The notes under the pieces: generated by a model
Database searches by the model: none
What the model was told of the DNA's origin: nothing
Seen by the model: the letters and a program-made list of their open reading frames with translations, nothing else
Translations under genes and position numbers: made by a program
Shown here: one piece after another, positions 55,729-64,000 of the stretch
How positions within the stretch are numbered: position 1 is the stretch's first letter
Layout of the letters: every line of letters starts with the position of its first letter
Source of the DNA: Blasia pusilla
Lineage: Eukaryota
Direction: 5' to 3'
Length of the DNA stretch: 64,000 nucleotides
Assembly: GCA_050084515.1 (NCBI GenBank)
Contig: CM114271.1
Coordinates: forward strand, 36,890,001 to 36,954,000

Positions 55729-55909
55729 TCTATGTTATTAAGAGAGGATGGGATTAGGGAAATCCTCCTCATGAGTTGATATACGACTTTTCAAACCTCT
55801 TCTGTTATTGACATATGTTTAAGGAGTACTTAAATTAAGAAGACCAAAGATTTCACGGATGTCAAGAAAAGTTTCCCCTCACCCGTGCATACCACGCACA
55901 ACATACTAG
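55729..55909 (+). mobile_element. Non-autonomous mini-Helitron
   Basis: A|TCTATGTTATTAAGAGAGGATGGG ... CCCGTGCATACCACG...CTAG|T. Confidence 0.78.
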
Positions 55910-58900
55910 TATAAACTAATAGGAAATGCATTATAGAAATCCAATGAATTGTAGAATCATAGGAGGGACACACCAAAAAAAACCGCTATGTAAGAAATTA
56001 ACGGATATGTGCAAAATATGAAGGGGGTAATGCGTACTCATGGACAATCCATTACAAAACTCCCATCAATTGTGGAATCACACGAGGGTTGAACTAAAGA
56101 GTTGGTAGGGAAGATAAAAAAAAACACATCTAATACATATCGCAAATTATAGTATTAATAAAGTACTAATTTCAAAGGAAAAGCGTATGGCTATGGAAAT
56201 AGTGAGCTTTAGTATGATGTATCAAGCTTTAGAAGCAAAAAAAATGAGCGGATCTAAAAAAATCAAAAGATGTAGCTTTGAGTGAAGTTGAGGGCTACTA
56301 ATGAATATGAAGGCGGTAAATGTATACAAATAAGGAATCCATAATGAAAGCTGACTTATAGACTCTTAGGATAATTTAACGTGGATGTAAAAGTTAGTAA
56401 AATGACAAAAGCACATTGTAATTCGTATCTTTAATATAGACCTTATCATATTTTCTAAAATCAAAGGAAAAGTATATTAGTATATGATCATACATTTTGA
56501 AGATGGAGGTCTTCTGGCTACGATCCAAAGATTAGTTGGACCCCTAGCAAAAACTAGTCGAAAATGTTCTTGCTTGATATAAGATCACTACCAATGTATT
56601 GATATCCTTCACACTCAAGGCATGGAAGGCAATGTATTGATTGAAGGCATCGAATGGATATACAATGCACTAATATGGGGAACAAAATGATATAGTCAAT
56701 GGCATCCTCATTAGAATATTTTTCTATGACTATTTTATAAAGAGCAATGACTCAAAGTCTTGTATCGAGGCCCAACATAGACACCTTCACTAGATCTCAC
56801 CTACCCTATACTTCAATGAGTATACCAACAAGAATACTCTAGATCTATAATGATCATCCCCCTAATTTCGCATCACAATCCACATAGTACTTTACAAACC
56901 TACCGACCAAGTCGATAGGCCCATGGGGCTCTACCAAGAATAGAATAGATATTCCTCAATGTCTAAAACCGAGGATGCATCTCTTGGCCTCATGTTTGCA
57001 TGACATACAATATGATGTGCAACGAATATGTATCTACACTACCTTATGACACTTCCGTTGACTATGGAGATGATGGGTGTAGTGTAGGCATAACAGGAAG
57101 TTATGGTAGTTGAGATTAGAGTACATTGAACTTTGTAAGTCCTTGCTCACAAAGTTTCTTGCATTTGAGGGTGTGAGGAGAATCAGATTTTACAACATCT
57201 TATGAAGAGGGTTCCTATTGAAGTTTTATGACATCCTTTTGACAGCCACGTCAACCTTATGACATATCATTAAGCTAAGGGATTTGAAAGTTGGTGGAGG
57301 GGTTCCATCAATAAGGTTAACTTTGTGATATCTTGCAAAGCTAAGGGATATGAAAGTTATAGGAATGCTTTCATCAATAATGTAAACCTCATGGTATCTT
57401 GCGAAGCTAAAGGAGCCAAAAGTGATCTGAATGATTTCATAGAATTATGAGAGTTTTCTAAATCAATACAACCTCATGATATCTCGTGAAGTGAGGGAAA
57501 GGAGAGAGTCAGTTTCCATCTTCCATCAATGAGAAACTTGCAATACTCGCAGAGCATAAGGGAACATAAGGGTTCTAGTTTGAAATTATATATATCCCTT
57601 TTCCACAGTAGCTCGCAAGGCTAGTCTTTATGAGGTCTAAGTAATAACTTGCTAACTACACAACATCTTGGGAAGTTGAGATATGTTCATTGAAAACTTC
57701 TAGAGATACATGGAAGTTATTCTTTTTAAATGGTTTATGAAGCTATTAACATTGAATGTAATTTAAAATAAAGAAATTTTTCTTTGATGTCTCATTTTTA
57801 ATATTAAGCTATCTGATTTTTCTACTACTTCTCATTTTTTTACTTTTCTTGCAAAGAAATTTCTTAAGATTGACAAGTTAAATTATCTACACAAAAAGCC
57901 ACAAGTGCGATGGGTTTTTGTGGATTAGATTTTCCAAGGTTAAAGAGTTCAACTAAGAGGAGTTGTGTTTGTTCTATCCTAGCAAAGACTCTTCATTGGG
58001 GATATGGGAGTTGTTTTTTTTTCACAACCAACAAACCAAACAAATACATCAATTTAGTGATGAAATATCATGAGAGAACATATTTTTGAGTAGTGAAATT
58101 TGAAAATTTTCCCCATGGGCATAAAGAAATTTCAAGAAGCCATATTGACATCCTTGATTTTGAATTTAGAGATAAGCCTCATTGTAATATTATTTTTAAC
58201 GTGGGAGAGATACTAGAGAGTATCCTTAGAGTGAAGACTTGTCTTTACCAAAAGAGTAATTTTGGGTCTAGAATCCTTCCTACTCGTGCAAAACATATGG
58301 CCTCCGCAAGATTCTGACCTCCAATACTGAAATTTAGAAGGGCAGAATCTCAAATGCCATATAACTTCTTCTATGAAACTTGATTTTGATTAAAATTTTA
58401 AGGAGTAGGGCGCCTCCTCAACCTTCAAGTGCCGTGTAAATTTCAGTTTCAAATAATATTCCACCTCAAAGATATGGCCTCTGCAAGATTCTGACCTCAA
58501 ATCCTCTAATCTAAAAGGGAAAATCTCAAATGCCCCACCCAACTAACTGGTCCATCTACCATTATGTACACAAAACCTATGGTGGACCTCCTTTAATCCA
58601 AATTGGTGTTGTTCATTGCACATTCATAAAGTCCAAACTTTATTTCTTCTTCCTTCACCCAAAGCTCTTCTGACCTTAAGCTTCGCAAACAAAAGTCTTG
58701 GGTTGAGTCTTAAAGACTCAACTAGTCACGTATTCTATAGGTAGACAAGAAGCCAAAAGTCGCTAATTGGGTCAAGTCTCTCCAAGTGTATAGCGGCTCC
58801 CTAGGAAGCCCCTTCTCCAAAACTTGACCAATCTCCCCAAGTTACTTGTCTAGATTGAAGTGCGTCAGTTCATCCCTCAAGGTGCATCCTTAGCGGTGCC

Positions 58901-59642
58901 TTAGTTCAACATTGAAACACGGCCAAACATGCATTATGATTAGTTCCTTGTTTATGGACTTGAACATGTAGGGAGGCAAAATTTCCTCCCCTATAGGTAC
59001 TTCTAGATTTCTCTATGGGAACCCATCTTCCCCATTTTCCCCCTCGGATCCTAAATTTTGGCCCTCAATCCAAATGTGGTTTGCGACCCACAGATCCACG
59101 TTAGAGTAGCTATCCCTTAAGATGGAGTAGTGGAGGCTTCTTGCAGATTACGCAACTCCCAACTCCCCAAATCCATCTTGGAACTTGGACTCTTGTTTTG
59201 TGTATCTCATGGCTAGCATCCGTCTTAACTCCTCATTTGGCATCTTATGAATGTGTTCCCGTTTATAATGTTTCGTGACTAGTCTAGTGGTGTCTTGTCC
59301 ATCTTGACTATTCACGAGCTATTTGCTTCAATCCTCGCCCATGACTTGGAGCTTGGCTCAAAGATCTCATACCTTGCTTGTCTTGATCCTATGCCTACTA
59401 ATACTTACACCCCTTTCTCACCTAAGGCTAGTCTCAAGATGCATGCGCGTCTCTCCTAACATAACTCTTTCCTAGTCTTGCCACTAAGTAGTCCAAATTT
59501 CAACTTTGATGGGTCATTTCCTTCATGGCCGCACTGCAATCATGATTCATTTCCCGGTTCCTTACTAACCTCAACACCACATATGGAATGATTCATGACA
59601 CGGATCCTCATATCGAATATATGTTAACCCTTGGAAGAGGGA

Positions 59643-62600
59643 AAAGATGCACTTCGATAAAAACGAGTGATGGAAAATCCATTGGAAATACAAAAGAGGG
59701 GGACTCAAAGAGTCAAAACCTGAAGGCCACCACAAGACCAGAAAAGGAAGAAGGGGGCATTCCCCCTAACGACGAAACTCACCAACAGCAGAGACAATAT
59801 CAGCAACAACAAGAGAGCTATGACTACTACTAAGTGGGCCTCTAGCCGGCGTCTCCCACGCCTGAGCCCGCCGCAAAATCCATTAGCCTGGGCACGCTGC
59901 AACGCTATGGAGACCGCCGCCTACAATACAGAATCGCAGAGCTAAGGACAACCCATTTCTCTAGTGGAGATGATCGGCGCAGATCCATATGAACGCAGTC
60001 GAACCTCTCCCCCATAGCCCCATACATCTCTATGGCGTGGGGATGAAGATGTGTCCCTCGTGTAGTCGATCAGAGATATGTGTCTTCTTCACCGCCACCG
60101 CCGCTCCTTGTAGCATTCGCCCTTGGGCCACCACTTGGGCTCGTGACCGCCTCCCGCGTGAGGATCTGTGACTACCACGCCCGCCACCACCACCTCACCC
60201 TCACGTGTCATGTAGAGATCGGCACGAATGAGGGAATCCCGCATGGAGTAGTGCCTCTCTCTCTGCAGACATGGAAGCCACTCTCCCGAGCAATATCGAA
60301 CATGATATCCCGCACTACATCGTGAGTGGCTATCCTCTCACCCCAATCGACAGCGTGCCAAATGCACACCAAGTGGATCAGGCTCCGCGACACTCGCAGT
60401 GTGTCGAACCAACCACCGATGGTTGGGGGAGGCCCAAGCGGAACCGCATCGCTGTAGTATAGGTAAGTGGTGCGACACGGAAAGCCTGGAGAAGGGGCGC
60501 CCTACCCATGAGCCTGCCCCCTTTCCGAGCAAGAGCGAATCACGGGCCCTAACCTCCATGGGGATATTCCCGTCCGACATAGTGCCTCTAAAACTGCCTC
60601 AAAGTGGGCTTCCATCAAGGAAGATTGGAGCCCAGGATCGACCGGAGGTAACTAAGGAGGAGAAAGTGGGGAGAACGGCTCTGGCCTCAACTCGAAGGGA
60701 ATCTCTACAAGCTGTGAGTGAAGACTGAAGTGGGAAAGAGCCATCCTCGACCTGGGAGACGTAGTGTAGAAGGAGCGGTCTATCTCTAACCAAAAATCGG
60801 GAGCAAAGGAGGGGTGCCACTGTGGCCCAACTCCCTAAAAAAAAAAAGCGGAGGGCGCCACTAACTCGGTCGAGAGAAGACCTACTCCACTAAAAGAAAT
60901 CGGCCAAGAGGCCTGTCTCACGAGCTAACTCCCCATGGGCACTCTAAGGAGCCGGGTCCTAGAAGATCCCCAAACACCTGCATGAGCTTCCTATCAAAGG
61001 ATCTATATAGGGAAGAAAGGTGACTAGATGTCCAGACAGTTCTAGTGAGGTAACCAGGTCTACGAGCAAAACAAGAAGAGAGAATGCCGAAGGCGACTTG
61101 AGGGTCACCAATCCTCGTAAGGTCATCAACGTGGAGAAGATCCTCGGTAAGAGCCGCTGCCACAAAACTCGATACAAAGTCCTGGCTCCCGAGCGGGACT
61201 CCCAAGACTCGAAGCCCTCCGATAGGTCGCAAGAAGCCGTCGGGTAAATGTAGATCATCACGTAGGCCTGATGGAGACCAAGCCTTGCACTTCCCCACCT
61301 TCACCGCGAGGCCGACACGTGCGGTGTCTTTGAAAAGTGCTCGAATGCAGGGACAACCAGATCTCAGGACCAACAATATGAGTATCATCGCCAAATGAAG
61401 GGAACATGCAACCCGGGAAAGCCTCCACCATAGAAAGAACCGGGCCGGTAATGAGCCACAACAAACAACGCGCCACCCAGGGTCACCCGACGAGTCCCGT
61501 GAGCGACTCCAAGACCGTGACCTCCTCCTTGAATCGACCATGGTGGAAATAGAGGGCCGAAGGGGCCCCATAGAAAGCTTTGCACAAAGGGAATGAGGCT
61601 CGCCATGGGGCCACCGCGTCCCTCAACTCTGTGAATATAGTAGCCCGAGATATCTGAGTTGAAGGCGTTCTCCACGTCCACTTGGAGAACCACCACACTG
61701 GGTGTACATCTAGACAAGCCCTCAAACCTAAGGCAAACTCTCACATCCGGTGGCGTGGCAACTCCAAAATGATGCGGACTCGGATGTGACTGGAAAGCCT
61801 CACGGAATTGCAAAGCGAGAGTACGACTCACCAACCGCAAGAGCACCTCACCTATGGCAATCGGACGGATACCACCACCCTCCTTCGACAACACCAAAAG
61901 TCGCCCCGCCCCTAAAACTTGGGCCATGCTGTTGGGCACTCTCCCTCGAGCTAGGTGAGAGGCAACTGGCAACTTCGGAGAAGCCGCTAGCGGTGTCCTC
62001 GGAAGGAAAGCAATCACGAAGGTGTTCGTGACATCATACCAGCACAAACCTCCGGCCGCAATCCTCGGAGAACGCCCGAAAGTGCCCGCAAAGAGGGACG
62101 GGTCAAGGCATATAGCCGTGTCAGGATGGAAGTCACGTGCAAAAGCTGGAATGTCAACCGCTGGACGAGGATGTAGCCTCCGGAGGGCATCGATGGTAAC
62201 AGCTGAAGAAGGAGCCATGTCCATCGGGCGAAGATCACGCGGCTCGCGAGTACTCACACGCCGCTTCGATGTCTGATCGCCGCAACCTGGCCGCTCCAAG
62301 ATCGTCCGCCGGAAACCAGGTGAACTACTACCGCGAATGCCACAAACTCACTCTGCAGAGACTCCCAATCACCTCCTCGAAAGCGTCTCAGACGTGCCAT
62401 AACCTCTCTATGACCGGCCTTCCCTCCCCGAGTGTAATGAAGACACCATCGTGGAAGGAGAAGTAGTAGGTACCAAGAGAGCTCATCCATAGGATCAAGA
62501 GCGATCCTAGCTAGGGGAAGGAGGAATGCGTGGCGGAGGTCGTCCCGAATAGCATGGGGGATCCTATGAAACAACCTCGGGCAGGGAAAACGGGTCTCGA

Positions 62601-63100
62601 AGAGACCTATAATGCTGCCCTGGTGGGACCTCAACCACTCCCATGCCTCAGGAGGGGGCGATGATGCGGGAAGCACCGGAGAGCATCCATGGTCGACAAG
62701 AGGGACCATCCATCCAAATCTATCAAAGTCAGGATGTTTAGCCGCTAAGTGGTTCCGAATTCCTGAACGAGTGAAGAATTCGGGACAACATGGGCAATTG
62801 GAAGAACAAAACACGTCGCTAACAACCCGTCTGAACTCCATCATTTAATTGTTTTTCACCTCCTTGCATGGAGGAAGAGAATGCCTGAAAACATTCATGG
62901 CAGGATATACGGCCCTACTACTTAGCATCAAACGAACTAGAAAGAAGGGAAAAACAGATAAAAAGGATCCGATTACAAAGTAACACGGCCGACCCAGAGA
63001 GGAGAGGAAAGCTCGTAACGTAAGAAACGGTACATCCTCCCGAGGATTGCGTCCCGGAGAGTTTATGAGCACCGGAGGGACTGGATTCTGAAACGCTAAA
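59643..63100 (-). mobile_element. Near full-length CRE-like non-LTR retrotransposon (restriction-like endonuclease type), frameshifted
   Basis: ORF from 62844: C2H2 finger CPCCPEFFTRSGIRNHLAAKH; RT motifs LVLSKEGGGIRPIAIGEVLLRL, VLQVDVENAFNS, FPSFGDDTHIVG, GLRVLGVPLG; zinc knuckle followed by GERIATHDVVRD; endonuclease region VVVTDP, IALQRAQA. The 3' end is defined by the copy at 37390. The 5' boundary is uncertain. Confidence 0.88.
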
Positions 63101-63746
63101 CTGATGAACATTCTTTCCCTAATCTGTCAGACGCTTGTGTCCACTGACTCCGCTGCATAGTATAGAATCCACAATCCAGATCGCAGGAGCCTCACGCTTT
63201 CGTGCGCTAGCGCGAAGGTAAAATCGACGACAAATCTATGGACAGATGACTTTCTAGTCATGTGTATGGCCGTCATAAAAGCGCTGGAACGGCGGAGTAA
63301 GCGGGAGGTGAAATAGCGCTGGGCCGCTGGATCGGGGATCGGGAATCGGGATCGAAGAGAAACCGCATAAATGTATCAGTTCCCAGTCCCCTACGTGATG
63401 AGGTGTTGGACGTTCCACGAGTTGTGCTCACCTGGAAATCGGAAAGCTCGACAGACTGGCAGCGAAATTACGCAGTTGCACTCGCGTTCCCGTACTGTCT
63501 CCGCATTGCTCCTTCCACCAACTGCAGTAATGGACGTCCCCGGAGTTTGACCTGACGAGAATTCAATATGCGGACGCAACAGTGCGCACGGTCTTTGTGT
63601 TTGAGCCGGAAGATGACGACGATCAATGCTCGCATCCAGCAACTGTCTTATTAAATCCTCCGGCGATTCTATCGATGCCACCACGTAACTATTGCAGGCA
63701 GCGGGTCGTGCCCAGGTTAATGGGATTTTTCGAATCGAACGACCAC

Positions 63747-63855
63747 GATATTGTCTCTGCTGTTGGTGAGTTTCGTCGTTAGGTGGGGAATGACGTTCGC
63801 CGTTTTGACTTTGAGTCCCCTCTTTGTACTTCCGATGGGTTTTCCATCTTTTATC
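63747..63855 (+). mobile_element. Short, internally deleted 3'-tail copy of the CRE-like element
   Basis: GATATTGTCTCTGCTGTTGGTGAGTTTCGTCGTTAGG...TTTTGACTTTGAGTCCCCTCTTTGTACTTCCGATGGGTTTTCCATC matches the reverse complement of 37390-37556 and 59643-59806. Confidence 0.85.
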
Positions 63856-64000
63856 AGATCGCAGAAACGCTACCCACGAATGGAGAAATGGAGAACACTC
63901 TTGGCATCGAATCCCTTCCTCCGCATTCAACCGAAGGCGTGTACTTTCTCTAGGGATGCTGCTCGACTACAGGGAATCCAAGTCCGTCCAGACACAAACA

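Noticed and set aside
57270-58535. Degenerate repeats (GCTAAGGGA units at 57270-57560; 65-bp direct repeat near 58292 and 58470)
   Set aside because: Probably decayed transposon sequence, with no boundaries or family assignable.
63900-63930. tRNA-like 3' motif TCGAATCCCTTCCTCCGCA
   Set aside because: No cloverleaf, A-box or acceptor-stem partner upstream.

Overview
Eukaryotic land-plant genomic DNA. The transposon mix suggests a non-seed plant such as a bryophyte or lycophyte (inference). The first 28 kb holds three intact spliced genes: a 19-exon Cullin-1 (228-13761, +) and a convergent pair of 5-exon GDSL esterase/lipase paralogues (17947-20413 +, 25809-28010 -). The standout structure is CUL1 intron 1 (371-5764). 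It has U12 (minor spliceosome) signals and contains a stack of about 12 co-oriented, variably 5'-truncated 3' ends of one RTEX-like LINE family, plus two copies of a second family, mostly abutting (GA)n/(TC)n tracts. This looks like a self-renewing microsatellite landing pad. The remaining 35 kb is transposon-rich. It contains a full-length Ty3/gypsy chromovirus (1-kb LTRs, CATAG target-site duplication) nested in a CRE-like non-LTR element, a second near-complete CRE-like element with short tail copies, and an older gypsy remnant with a palindromic repair scar beside an LTR-LTR junction. Mini-Helitrons and Tourist- and hAT-type MITEs are also present. All family assignments come from motif recognition by eye, not database searches.
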